64,000 nucleotides of DNA from Eledone cirrhosa (lineage: Eukaryota), in the NCBI GenBank assembly GCA_964016885.1, contig OZ024743.1, forward strand, positions 76,632,001 to 76,696,000. The letters run 5' to 3'. This document shows, piece after piece, positions 12,812 through 26,607 of the stretch. A program made the position numbers and the translations under genes. Position 1 is the stretch's first letter. Each line of letters opens with the position of its first letter. Under the pieces are notes generated by a model. That model was not told the DNA's origin. It made no database searches and saw nothing but the letters and a program-made list of their open reading frames with translations.

Positions 12812-14533
12812 AACTACACCCTACCATTAGGCCACACACCTTCACAAACTACACCCTACCATTAGGCCACACACCTTCACAAACTACACCCTACCATTAG
12901 GTCATACACCTTCACAAACTACACCCTACCATTAGGCCACACACCTTCACAAACTACACCCTACCATTAGGTTACACACCTTCACAAACTACACCCTACC
13001 ATTACGCCACACACCTTCAGAAACTACACTCTACCATTAGGCCACACACCTTCACAAACTACACCCTACCATTAGGCCACACACCTTCACAAACTACACC
13101 TTACCATTAGGCCACACACCTTCACAAACATCCTAACCATTAGGCCATACACCTTCACAAACTACACCCTACCATTAGGCCATACACCTTCACAAACTAC
13201 ACCCTACCATTAGGCCATACACCTTCACAAACTACACCTTACCATTAGGCCTCACACCTTCACAAACTACACCCTACCATTAGGCCATACACCTTCACAA
13301 ACTACACCTTACCATTAGGCCTCACACCTTCACAAACTACACCCTACCATTAGGCCATACACCTTCACAAACTACACCCTACCATTAGGTCATACACCTT
13401 CACAAACTACTCCCTACCATTAGGCCATACACCTTCACAAACTACACCCTACCATTAGGCCACACACCTTCACAAACTACACCCTACCATTAGGCCACAC
13501 ACCTTCACAAACTACATCCTACCATTAGGCCACACACCTTCACAAACATCCTAACCATTAGGCCATACATCTTCACAAACTACACCCTACCATTAGGTCA
13601 TACACCTTCACAAACTACACCCTACCATTAGGCCATACACCTTCACAAACTACACCCTACCATTAGGCCACACACCTTCACAAACATCCTAACCATTAGG
13701 CCATACATCTTCACAAACTACACCCTACCATTAGGTCATACGCCTTCACAAACTACACCCTACCATTAGGCCACACACCTTCACAAACTACACCCTACCA
13801 TTAGGTCATACACCTTTACAAACTACACCCTACCATTAGGTCACACACCTTCACAAACTACACCCTACCATTAGGCCACACACCTTCACAAACTACACCC
13901 TACCATTAGGTCACACACCTTCACAAACTACACCCTACCATTAGGCCATACATCTTCACAAACTACACGCTACCATTAGGCCATACACCTTCACAAACTA
14001 CACCTTACCATTAGGCCATACATCTTCACAAACTACAACCTACCATTAGGCCACACACCTTCACAAACTACACCCTACCATTAGGCCATACATCTTCACA
14101 AACTACACCCTACCATTAGGCCATACACCTTCACAAACTACACCCTACCATTAGGCCATACATCTTCACAAACTACACCTTACCATTAGGCCATACACCT
14201 TCACAAACTACACCCTACCATTAGGCCATACACCTTCACAAACTACACCCTACCATTAGGCCATACATCTTCACAAACTACACCCTACCATTAGGCCATA
14301 CACCTTCACAAACTACACCCTACCATTAGGTCATACACCTTCACAAACTACACTATACCATTAGGCCATACACCTTCACAAACTACACCCTACCATTAGG
14401 TTACACACCTTCACAAACTACACCCAACATTAAGTCACACACCTTCACAAACTACACCCTACCATTAGGTCATACACCTTCACAAACTACACTCTACCAT
14501 TAGGCCACACACCTTCACAAACTAAACCCCGCC
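12788..14533. repeat. 35-bp minisatellite, ~50 copies (ACCATTAGGCCAYACACCTTCACAAACTACACCCT)
   Basis: Period 35 read directly (unit starts at 12788 and 12823); head-to-tail with no unique spacers. Confidence 0.95.
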
Positions 14534-14711
14534 ATCTTTAAAAAGTAGAGACACTAATGTGATCTATGGTAAACTCTACTCGAGAAAAAAAAACGATATA
14601 GTCATACCTGGAATACTTCTGGTCAGTGGCGGACTGGGTCTAAAAATATTGGTTGCCAGATGAAAGGGGCCAGCCTACATATAGAATGCTATCATTTATT
14701 TTTTATAATGA

Positions 14712-15405
14712 ATAGCCGAATTACCCGCGCCATGCTGCATTTCACACATTTTTTTTTTTTTTTTGTAAGAAAATGATGATTAATTTTAAATCAGTGATAT
14801 AATTTATGGAGAAAAACTCTGCATTTCAATCTTACTCAATGTAAAATGTAATGCATGAAAAATTGGAAAATATTATTTTTTGTAATATATCAAATCAAAA
14901 TTACATTATTAAATCTTATTCTTATTTTGTTTCTTGTAAATAATTTTTTTCAAAATATCAATTCAAAACTTTTGTGAATAGGCATCATATCTTGTCATTT
15001 ACCTATGGTTTAAATTTCATATAAATCGAAGGGAAAAAATTTTCAGCGAAGGTTTGTGCCACCGGGGAACCGTAATAAGGGTTTTAATAATATTAAGATA
15101 CCCTAATAGGGGGTTTAACCCCTATTAGGGTGTCTTAATATTATTAAAATTTACTGAAATTTTGTGAATAGGCATCATATCTTGTTATTTACCCAAGGTT
15201 TAAATTGCATATAAATCGAAGGGAAAACATTTTCAACGGGGGTTTGTGCCCCCGAGGAACCCTTTGATTAAAATGAAATATACTTATCCAAGTACCCTGG
15301 GCAATGTAGTTTCAGAATATATATGGTTATCTCCAAAACCATGGGAGGAGTTCGTGAACAAACAAACAAACAAACAGACAGGAACTACAACTTTATATAT
15401 ATAGA
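14712..15405 (-). mobile_element. degenerate non-autonomous Helitron-like element with an internal palindrome
   Basis: Minus strand begins TCTATATATATAAAG..(TTTG)n like the Helitron at 50.8-52.2 kb; far end has a decayed GC hairpin and CTATT in place of CTAGT; ~31-bp arm palindrome at 15082-15149 between ~100-bp direct repeats. Confidence 0.55.
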
Positions 15406-16067
15406 TAAATAACATTTTCGAAAAATACATAATGAAAACAAAACAGTGTAATCAAATTTTTGCGGAAAAATATCTTAGCTTCTCCCATAATAAATATTAT
15501 GTATTTTGCGAAATCCAGAGACTTTCAATAATGACCAGAAGTCGACCCTAAATATTACTAATAGCTAGGAAAGCCATGAACAAAACCACATCTTTTTAAC
15601 TTTGATTTTGAAAGTAGGTTTATAATTATCAATTTTCATTGCATCTGTCTCGGTGGCCTAGTTGGGGGAGTCATAGCCAGTGGTAATCCTGGTCTGAAGT
15701 TCGGGAGTGGGTTCCCGAGAAACCTTTTCAGTTTTTTTTCTATTGGTTGTAAAATAAGAACTGAAAAAGGTAACATCTACCCCTTGACCGGGATTGAACC
15801 CAAGACCATGACGTCCACCGTCTCTAGTTCCTACCGCTAGGTCACAGACACAAGTACAAGAATCTTAAGAAAATTCATACTTATAAACCTACTTTCAAAA
15901 TTTTCAAAACAGAGTGTTGTGGTGTCGTTCATGTCTTTCTTAATGTTATTTCTCCTACTTAAGGTCGTTCATAAACTACATTGGGTGTTCCATAAACTAC
16001 ATCCTCGTTTTGTTTCACATCTATCTCGACTATATTTTAACCTGTAATCCATGTTTCATTTCTGTTG

Positions 16068-16673
<606 letters not shown>

Positions 16674-16954
16674 GGCAAGGCCTAATGGATTCCCCTTGCA
16701 GTACGTACAAACGTACAATCTGGACACTCACACACACCTTGGTCTTATGCCAATACTATATATCATTTCACACCTTTTATTATTAAGGTTATTGATGTTC
16801 TATTGAGAGAATCGTTTTTACTGAAAATATCGAATAATGTACACCATTTTTACCAGTATCACAAAAATACTGGTCCACCCACACACACACACATTCACAC
16901 ACACACACATATATACACACACACATATACACGCGTACATTAACATACAAAGAG

Positions 16955-17022
<68 letters not shown>

Positions 17023-17130
17023 CTCCGTATAAGACAAGAGCTGAGAAATATCTTTTAACATGTTAAAATATACCCCACACACGTACAGACACATTCCTAC
17101 TGACCGATCCCTCTACCACGAATTACTCTG

Positions 17131-17193
<63 letters not shown>

Positions 17194-17529
17194 TCTTAAT
17201 AGGCATTTGAACTGTCAGCAGGCTGCGCTTCATACACACATCCCTGCTGACCATTATTACAACAACGAACCTCTTTACTACTACTACACACACACATATT
17301 TGTTTTGAAAGACTTATTTTTCAGTGACTTCTCAATCAGCCGACACAAACCTACATTTGGCGCAAAATCAATTTTTAACATTCACATGACCTCTACCGTC
17401 CAATCAAAATTGTTTTGACCACAAGAATTTTTTCATACATCTGGAGCCACTTTTTTACATAAAACAGGTAGAATTTCCAAAACTAATCAGATTAGAGTAA
17501 ACATCACAGGCGCTCTATCTCAAAATTAT

Positions 17530-17565
17530 GTTTGAAAAGCATTAGAAATGCGCAACCGGTAAAAC
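17530..17565 (+). ncRNA. hammerhead-like variant (UUGAAAA core, GCAA in place of GAAA); repeated at 21448-21483
   Basis: TTGAAAA-GCAT-TAGAA-ATGC-GCA-ACCGGT-A-AAAC; lies in a ~170-bp unit duplicated at 17505-17678 and 21424-21597. Confidence 0.55.
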
Positions 17566-17672
17566 TTAAAACCAAAACTGAATACTAACCAATACTATTA
17601 CTAATTTTTACTTATTCCTAATTAAAATATTTTTCACTGGGAACAATTTGTCAGCATTTTCTTTTCCTTTTA

Positions 17673-17719
<47 letters not shown>

Positions 17720-17874
17720 TTAAGGATACTATTTATGGTTATGTATATACTAAAACTTTTTATAGTTATATATATTTTAAACCCTAAACAGTGAAAGACA
17801 GTAATTTATTACTACCTTATTACCAGTAAGATAAATAGCTCAATCTAATAACATCAGTTGTTCTACAGAGCAGT

Positions 17875-18443
17875 TATATAGAAATTACATGAATCAAAAT
17901 TCTGTTCAAACCATTTATTAGCTTACAATTGTTTCGTCCAAACCGAGGTTTGGAGTCTTCGGAGCAATTTTTCAATGATTGTTTACATACATGACCTCCT
18001 TTCCAACACAAGAGACATACAGAAACATATGTACATTTCGATGCACAGTGGGGTGACATCCATTATAATATTTTAGCATGGCAATTTACATTCAAAAATT
18101 AAAATCATATTAAAAGAAAATTAAAACAAAATTAAAGTTAAAATACAACATCGGCAGTTTATGAAGATAATGTATTTTAACTTTAATTTTGTTTTAATTT
18201 TCTTTTAATATGATTTTAATTTTTGAATGTAAATTGCCATGCTAAAATATTATAATGGATGTCACCCCACTGTGCATCGAAATATACATATGTTTCTGTA
18301 TGTCTCTTGTGTTGGAAAGGAGGTCATGTATGTAAACAATCATTGAAAAATTGCTCCGAAGACTCCAAACCTCGGTTTGGACGAAACAATTGTAAGCTAA
18401 TAAATGGTTTGAACAGAACTTTGATTCATGTAATTTCTATATA
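17875..18443. repeat. long inverted repeat (~273-bp arms, 23-bp spacer); each arm has a CCGAAGA-core hammerhead (17921-17965 -, 18353-18397 +)
   Basis: Arms 17875-18147 and 18171-18443 are near-perfect reverse complements; GCT-CCGAAGA-C-TCCAAACC-TC-GGTTTGGA-C-GAA-ACAATTGT-A-AGC. Confidence 0.85.
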
Positions 18444-18451
18444 TATATATA

Positions 18452-19383
18452 TATGAAAAACGTAAAATAAGAAAATTATAGTAATTAGCTTACTTACTTA
18501 AATTAAATTTCACTCCAACTAATTAGTTTCTGAAAGGGAATATACATAGTCTGCAAATGGAGATTATGGAGAAACCTTTTCGTCATCAGGGAGTCATTCT
18601 CAGCTAAGATACCTGGCGATGCGCGGACACAGAGAACTTATACAAAAATATTCAGTGGATGGAAAAGAGCAAGCGGGGACTAAATTCCAAGACACTGAAA
18701 AAATCACTGCCTTCTTGTTCGGTGGCAAATTCAAAAGAATCAATCACGTGACATCGAGGTTAATCAGTGAGGAGTGGGGTATTAAAAAGACAGTAGCCAA
18801 GCTGTAACTATGAACTATAGTAGTAATTTTGGCAAATTTTTGCTCAACAAAATAATTTGGAGATAATTATAAAGAATTAGTATATCTACCAACATATATA
18901 TACAGATGCATACCTATGCAAGCAAATATATAGGTTTTGTCTTAGTAACTTTGTGGTTCAATTCAAGGGGATGCAGAACAATTATATGACAAATGTAAAA
19001 TAAGAAAATTATAGTAATTAGCTTACTTACTTAAATTTCACTCCAACTAATTAGTTTCTGAAAGGGAATATACATAGTCTCCAAATGGAGATTATGGAGA
19101 AACCTTTTCGTCATCAGGGAGTCATTCTCAGCTAAGATACCTGGCGATGCGCGGACACAGGGAACTTATACAAAAATATTCAGTGGATGGAAAAGAGCAA
19201 GCGGGGACAAAATTCCAAGACACTGAAAAATGTAAGCTAATTACTATAATTTTCTTATTTTACGTTTTTCATATAATTGTTCTGCATCCCCTTGCATTGA
19301 ACCACAAAGTTACTAAGACAAAACCTATATATTTGCTTGCATAGGTATACATCTGTGTATATATGTTGGTAGATATACTAATT

Positions 19384-19390
<7 letters not shown>
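18452..19390 (-). mobile_element. PLE-type composite: two tandem hammerhead units (18512-18594, 19040-19122) plus an inverted arm (19231-19390)
   Basis: Reverse complement ACTCC-CTGATGA-[GAAAAGG/CCCTTTC long stem II]-GAA-ACTAATTAGT-T-GGAGT; 19231-19390 is the reverse complement of ~18868-19026. Confidence 0.8.
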
Positions 19391-19459
<69 letters not shown>

Positions 19460-19879
19460 CCACCACCTTCACCACTAATTGATTTGACAGATGTCTTTAA
19501 CCCATTGATAACAAATATCATTTGATATCAGTAGTTCGTGTGTAAGTATATAAATATATATATATATATGTTTGTGTGTCTATGTCTATACATGTATGTT
19601 TGCACTAAGCTTTAGATTTAGAATACACTAAGCTTTAGATTTAGTAGAATGTACAACCACTGATTCCAGCTATTTGCACTATCATATATTTTGGTTTCTA
19701 GTAATTTCCTGGGGAATTGGTTGACCAAATGCTTTGTTTAATTGTTTTATTTATTCTTTAAAACATGTTATTCTTTCTCTTAGATTTCAGGTATTTTTTA
19801 AAAGCAAAGCATTGGCCCCTAAAATACTACAGTGGGCACTGCAATGCTACTGTGGGCCCCTGCAATGTCACCACTTGCC

Positions 19880-20796
19880 AGGACTGAGGTCAACGTTGAG
19901 CGTGTCAGGCAGATCGTAGCGGTCGTTGGCTGACTGTTCGACTGATGGCAAATGAGCTGGGCATGAATTGGGACAGCGTCTGGAAGATTCTCACTGAAGA
20001 TTTGGACATGCGGAAAGTCTGCGCGAAGATGGTGCCAAAACTGCTGAACCATGACCAGAAGAGTCGACGTATGCAAGTGTGCCAGGACATCCTCGAGCGT
20101 CTTGAAACCGAACCAGACTTGCTAGGGACAGTCATCACCGTTGATGAGTCATGGATCTTCGAGTACGATCCTGAAACCAAACGCCAGAGCCTTCAGTGGA
20201 AGAGTCCGTCGTCGCCAAGGCCGAAGAAAGCACGACAGTTGAAGTCCAAAGTCAAGGTCATGTTGATCACATTCTTCGATGTGAGGGGGATCGTCCACTG
20301 CTAGTTCTTGCCACAGGGCCAGACGATCAACCAACATTTCTACAAAGAGATACTGCAGCGTTTGCTTCGTTCAGTGCATAAGAGGCGAGAGTTGTGGCAG
20401 GACAACTCGTGGCTGCTTCAGCTTGACAACGCGCCTGCTCACAATGCCCTGAGCATCCGACAGTTCCTGGCCGAGAAGAACATCGCCGTGCTGGAGCAAC
20501 CTCCCTACTCCCCCGACTTGGCTCCGTGTGATTTTTTCCTATTCCCCAAGCTCAAGGGGGTCATCAAGGGGACCCGTTTTGAAGACGTGGACGACATCAA
20601 AAAGGCCGTGACGACGGAACTGCGGAGGATCCCGGAAGATTCCTTCCAGGAGTACATGCAAGCATGGCAGAAAAGGATGTAAAAGTGCATTAGATTCCAG
20701 GGGGATTACTTTGAAGGAGAAAACTCTTAGTGTGAAGTTTAGGTTTGAAATAAATCTTTTGTGACATCAGTCCTGGGACTTTTCTGACACACCTCG
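19880..20796 (+). mobile_element. mariner (D,D34D) transposon, 5'-truncated, one in-frame stop
   Basis: ORFs 19945-20304 and 20308-20682 are in one frame: MVPKLL, VDESW, LDNAPAH, YSPDLAPCDFFLF. The 3' TIR ..GGACTTTTCTGACACACCTCG is followed by TA at 20797. Confidence 0.92.
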
Positions 20797-21360
20797 TATG
20801 AATGTATATATAGTGTATTTTTCAATACACTGTATGCTTAATAAAAGCATGTTGAAGACCATACGCTATTGTTTTAAAATAGTGACAATGTCACTTATTT
20901 AAATTTTCAGCAAACATGGGAGATAAACTGACAGAGCTCTGTTTCGTACTTTTTGGTACTTATCAAAGTTCACTACCTCTCCTGTCTACTGAAAATTATG
21001 TGTGTTGGATTCTTATAGAATTCCAGTAATAATCAGGAACTGATTATACAGAGCGGTCGCCGGTCCAGCAGACATTGAAAATTAGAATTGGTGCTCTGAA
21101 ATAGCGATATATATATGAATGTATATATAGTGTATTTTGCAATACACTGTATGCTTAATTAAAAGCATTTTGAAGACCATACGCTATTGTTTTAAAATAG
21201 TAACAATGTCACTCATTTAAATTTTCAGCAAACAGGGGAGATAAACTGACAGAGCTCTGTTTCGTACTTTTTGGTACTTATCAAAGTTCACTACCTCACC
21301 TGCCTGCTGAAAATTATGTGTGTTGGATTCTTATAGAATTCCAGTAATAATCAGGAACTG

Positions 21361-21365
<5 letters not shown>
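20797..21365 (-). mobile_element. tandem 318-bp PLE-type repeat; each unit has a U3-A8 hammerhead (20925-20971, 21243-21289)
   Basis: Reverse complement GAACT-TTGATAA-GTAC-CAAAAA-GTAC-GAA-ACAGAGCTCTGT-C-AGTTT; identical in both units. Confidence 0.85.
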
Positions 21366-21426
<61 letters not shown>

Positions 21427-21591
21427 AGACGCTCTATCTCAAAATTATTTTTGAAAAGCATTAGAAATGCGCAACCGGTAAAACTTAAAACCAAAACTGA
21501 ATACTAACCAATACTATTACTAATTCTCACTTATTCCTAATTAAACTATTTTTCACTGTGAACAATTTGTCAGCATTTTCCTTTCCGTTTA

Positions 21592-21719
<128 letters not shown>

Positions 21720-21801
21720 AGGTAAACAGAAATAACAACACAATGGGTACAGTATATGGAAGTGATATATTAGGTTAACGCTTGAAATAGCAGGGAGAGG
21801 G

Positions 21802-21837
21802 TCTTAACGTTTCGGACGCTAGTCCTTCATCAGAAGA
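21802..21837 (-). ncRNA. minimal hammerhead ribozyme (family also at 28925, 47316 and, partially, 50125)
   Basis: Reverse complement TCTT-CTGATGA-A-GGAC-TAGC-GTCC-GAAAC-GTT-AAGA. Confidence 0.85.
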
Positions 21838-21934
21838 AAGAATGAGAAATAAGATAGATTGAAGGGACGGGCGAAGTGGAATTGGAAAAATTGTCTTTAG
21901 ATAAAAATAACAGGTCCATTCATGTTGACGATAC

Positions 21935-22015
<81 letters not shown>

Positions 22016-22179
22016 CATACTGGGTTCATCATGTAAGTTTCTGATCTGAAAATATTGACCGGCTGACCACTAAAAGGCAAGACAATATATTCTAAACTAT
22101 TCTAAACTAAAGTTTTGAGTGAATAAATTGTAAACCAGTTGTCATGTAGTTAAATAACAAATTACTCTCTGTAGTACTA

Positions 22180-22502
22180 ACCGAGTACAGACCCTTTAGT
22201 TACGACTACTTATTACCGACATATAAGTATCTACTCTCGACTTCAGAGAGTGGTAGCATCGAGTACAGACCCTTTAGTTCCGACTGCTTATTACCAACTT
22301 ATTATGTGTCTACTCCCGTCCTACATAGAGTGGTAGCAGTGAGTACAGACCCTTTAGTTCCGACTGCTTATTACCGACATATTAAGTATCTACCCCCCGT
22401 CCTACAGAGAGTGGTAGCAACGAGTACAGGCCCTCTAGTTTTGACTGTTTATTGCCAACTTATTGAAACTATCTATTCTAGTCCTACAGAGAGTGGTAGC
22501 AG
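22180..22502. repeat. degenerate tandem repeat of ~80 bp (GAGTACAGACCCTTTAGTT...AGAGTGGTAGCA)
   Basis: GAGTACAG(A/G)CCC recurs at ~22183, 22261, 22342 and 22422. Confidence 0.75.
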
Positions 22503-23283
22503 CTAATAGCGTCATTCGGAAACTACTATGAGAAACAGGTGCCGATTTTAGTAATTTTTATGTCAGTACATTTACTGGCAACGTCTAGTAAATAAGTAAA
22601 GTACTAAAACAGCTTGTGGGAGGAGAAGCTGTGAATAAATTACTATACATGTATTTAATAAACATGCATTCATCCTCACTGTGTAAATAGATCCTTCTCT
22701 TAAAGACATAAAATATAATTCTCTAAGTCTAAATTATTTCTATGTTGAAACTAGTCTAGATTTCGACTTGACAGGCCAGTATTGGCGTAGATTCAATCCA
22801 CTAGACACCTCACACCAAAATTCTTCCAGCCAAAGAAGAAATAACATGCAAGAAATAACAGCAAAATCTACCTCAAATTACAATTTACCATATTACAAGC
22901 GGAAATGCACGTTGCACATTATAATTCTATATCAGAGGTCTCAAACTCAAGGACTCAAAAGGGCCATTACATCCTGGGGAGAAGTACGGTGGACCCAAAA
23001 CTGAGATGAGGTGGGGACGTTATTTCCACCAGTTATAATGCTAAACTACAGTACAGCTGATAAGCTAATATTTATTTATTTCATCAAAAGTAAGACACAT
23101 ATGATAGTAAGTGGGATATGTGAATTAGTACAAAATGTAAGGGGACAAATTTTCCTTAATTAGTCATGAACATTCTTCTGCTACGGGCCATAGAAACAAC
23201 GCAGCTCTATCTAAGATGGAACTACTTTTCCAGTAATGGGAGGGGGCTAGAAAAGGTGCCCTAAAAGTTGTTTGCTCACTTAA

Positions 23284-23501
23284 CCCTTTAGAATTTACAT
23301 TACTCTATATATACTATTATATTTTCACGGTAAAGGCTTTATCTTACATAATTATTTCACATAATATCGACTCTATGAGATTTTGATATTTATTTTGAGA
23401 ACAATACCTTAACATCAGTATGAGTGGCTAGTTACCGCTGGTTAGAACAGAAAGAAGTTTGAGAATTCTGGCCGGATACGGCCGGTTTAAATACTAAAGG
23501 G
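23284..23501. mobile_element. piggyBac-type MITE (218 bp)
   Basis: TTAA target duplication on both sides; TIR CCCTTTAGAATTTA / TAAATACTAAAGGG. Confidence 0.8.
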
Positions 23502-23509
23502 TTAATCCT

Positions 23510-24170
23510 TTCTCTCGACAGTGTTGACCAAAGCATACTTTAGTGTGAAGTTGCATGAACATGAAGCTAAACACAAACGTTAAACAGAACCGGAAACAAC
23601 TCCCAAATGTTAAACAGAACCGGAAACAACACCCAAATACATTGAACACCTCTAAGCTCAAAACTGATACAAGAAACCTTTTAGATGAAAATCTGCAGAG
23701 CATAACATCTCGGGAAATATTGAGGAATTAGACACAGTTGAGAAATAAAATCTGTCTTCGATGGAGGTTCTTGGCTTTTCTAAAAGGAAGAGCCAAGACT
23801 GGTTTGATGAAAATGATGAAATTATAAACAGGGAACTTCAATAAATGTACAGGCTACACAAGAAATGGATAGCGGACTATAATAATTCTAAAAAAAAAAA
23901 ATTACTAAATGGCAAAAAAACACAATTGAAGTAAAGCTACGCAAAATGAACCAAAATGGAGGGATGGAAAAGCGAAGGTTCTTCAGAAATCATTTCACAG
24001 GCATGACATGAAGTCTTTTAATTTAAATTTAAAGGCAGTGTTTGGACGAAGCATGGATGGATACTCTCCCATCCTATCAGTTGATGGCAATTTCTTAACA
24101 GATCGGCAGGATGTAATAGCCAGAGCACTTTAAAGAAATACTCAACAGGGAATCAAATGCTGATATAAAT
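23510..24170 (+). pseudogene. decayed RTE(BovB)-like LINE fragment
   Basis: QDWFDENDEI motif at ~23794; later FNLNLKAVFG..PILSVDGNFLTDRQDV linker pattern. Confidence 0.6.
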
Positions 24171-24269
24171 ACTCCAGTTAAATAAACTGTTGAGTGCTAC
24201 TTATCCGATATATGCATAATTTTATTGTACTACAATAAAACTCTCCTCCTACATATATATATATATATA

Positions 24270-24450
24270 TATTAAAATAACAGATTAAAGTTTAAGCAAA
24301 GAATCACTGCGTTCACCCTTAACGGGATATTCTGAAACTAAAAAAAATGAATCTGTGAACGCAGAATTTGCTCTAGGGTTCTTATATATTTGATATATAT
24401 TTATCCTTAACGAGCCCTCTTTGGATTTTAGTCTTCACATTTATTATTAT
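24270..24450. mobile_element. PLE-type repeat with inverted junction; degenerate CAGA-core hammerhead at 24289-24339 (-)
   Basis: Same family as 28090-28270, 55160-55227 and 56280-56440. Confidence 0.65.
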
Positions 24451-24473
24451 TACTATATATATATATATATATA

Positions 24474-24549
<76 letters not shown>

Positions 24550-24562
24550 CATGTGTGTAGAT

Positions 24563-24662
<100 letters not shown>

Positions 24663-25084
24663 CATTTCATTCAAATAGATCTTAACAAAAGAACGTGGTG
24701 TGTTTTTTGCTCTGTTTCTTTTATTTTTTTTTCAATTTCTTGTTTTATTTGATATTTAAGTTTTTTTTTACTGTTTACAGCTGAGAAGGAAAATATAATT
24801 CTCAATTTCTTTCTTTCTCTCAATGAATATATTCAGCAATTCACTTGGTATTTTCTTAGAGTTAATTCACCTTGATCTTGTCGGTATTGTGATGTTTTCA
24901 TTAGTGTAGGGACACATAGTTACTTTGAATTGCCGCTGGAAATCATAGCTAGCTTTCCTTTGTTTTTCTTTCATTTTTTGTGTTGTTGTTGGGTTTTTTA
25001 TATATATTTTCTTCAATCGGGTGGTACCCAGCAAGGTTGGGTTTTATTTCGCCTGATTTGAAATTTGTTATTATTATTTTTATT

Positions 25085-25248
25085 ATTTGCGACAAAGTCG
25101 TTAGACCGCCGGGTAGAATGTTTTGTGGATCTCTGCTCCCTGAGTTCAAATACCTCCGAGGTTGCTTAGCCTTTCATCCTTACGGGGTTGATAAATAAAG
25201 CACCAGTAATACACTGGAGTCGATTTAATCGACTTTCCCTTTCCCAAA
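25085..25248 (+). mobile_element. tRNA-derived SINE copy
   Basis: GAGTTCAAAT B box and GCCTTTCATCCTTACGGGGTTGATAAATAAAGCACCAG body. Confidence 0.7.
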
Positions 25249-25249
25249 A

Positions 25250-26140
25250 GTGGTGGTGGTGGTGGTGGTGGTGGTGGTGATGGTGGTGGTGGTGGTGGTG
25301 ATGGTGGTGGTGGTGGTGGTGGTGGTGGTGGTGGTGGTGGTGGTGGTGGTGGTGGTGATGTTAGTGGTGGTGGTGGTGGTGGTGATGGTGATGGTGGTGG
25401 TGATGGGGGTGGTGGTGGTGGTGGTGGTGGTGGTGGTGGTGGTGGTGGTGGTGGTGGTGGTGGTGGTGGTGGTGATGTTAGTGGTGGTGGTGGTGTTGGT
25501 GGTGGTGATGGTGGTGGTGATGGTGGTGGTGGTGGTGGTGGTGGTGGTGATGGTGGTGGTGGTGGTGGTGGTGGTGGTGGTGGTGGTGGTGGTGGTGGTG
25601 GTGGTGGTGGTGGTGGTGGTGGTGGTGGTGATGGTGGTGGTGATGATGGTGGTGGTGGTGGTGGTGGTGGTGGTGTTGGTGGTGGTGATGGTGGTGGTGA
25701 TGATGGTGGTGGTGGTGGTGGTGGTGGTGATGGTGGTGGTGATGATGGTGGTGGTGGTGGTGGTGGTGGTGGTGGTGGTGGTGGTGGTGGTGGTGATGTT
25801 AGTGGTGGTGGTGGTGTTGGTGGTGGTGATGGTGGTGGTGATGATGGTGGTGGTGGTGGTGGTGGTGGTGGTGATGGTGGTGGTGATGATGGTGGTGGTG
25901 GTGGTGGTGGTGGTGATGTTAGTGGTGGTGGTGGTGTTGGTGGTGGTGATGGTGGTGGTGATGATGGTGGTGGTGGTGGTGGTGGTGGTGGTGGTGGTGG
26001 TGGTGATGTTAGTTGTGCTGGTGGTGTTGGTGGTGGTGATGGTGATGGTGGTGGTGATGGTGATGTTAGTGGTGGTGGTGGTGTTGGTGGTGGTGGTGGT
26101 GGTGATGATGGTGGTGGTGGTGGTGGTCGTCGTCGTGGTA
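25250..26140. repeat. (GGT)n trinucleotide tract with GAT/GTTAGT interruptions
   Basis: Direct reading; source of the poly-Val pseudo-ORF. Confidence 0.95.
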
Positions 26141-26607
26141 AGATATGCTTGATATAGTTTCGTTATGTAACGGTGTATGAACTAAAGAAGAGTTGTAGAT
26201 GGGGTAAGATCTGACAGTCGGGTAGGTGTGGGGCAGTTTACCCATGGCCCTGTTGTTGTTTTGTTGTTTTCTTATTAGAGAAGCAGTTGTTATATCATTG
26301 AAATTGTGTCTTTGTTATTGGTGGTGGTATTTGTTTAGTTTTTGGTATCATTGATAACTAGAAAATATTTCTGGTAGTTGTTATAGCGTGGCCGAATGGC
26401 TAAGATGTTCGTTTAACACCCATTAGGTCCCAGGTTCGATCTCACTGTGTGGTATCTACCATATGTCATTTATCATGGTTTCATGTTGACCCATGCCTTG
26501 TAAGTGAAATGACGTAGACAGAATGTGTCACGCTGAATCTTCCTAGGAATTACGTTATGGATACACGTGACTGTGGAAAACTCAATCACTTACACGTTAA
26601 TTTCATG

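Noticed and set aside
12788-14533. 35-bp repeats as a CRISPR array
   Set aside because: Units are head-to-tail with no unique spacers, there are no cas genes, the context is eukaryotic, and the unit derives from a SINE head.
18619-19344. duplicated small ORFs MRGHRELIQKY (also MSPHCASK and MVFLTSGW pairs) as a peptide gene family
   Set aside because: They are by-products of tandem or inverted duplication of non-coding PLE-type repeats.
25250-26152. 300-aa poly-Val ORF
   Set aside because: Pure (GGT)n tract; no evidence of coding function.
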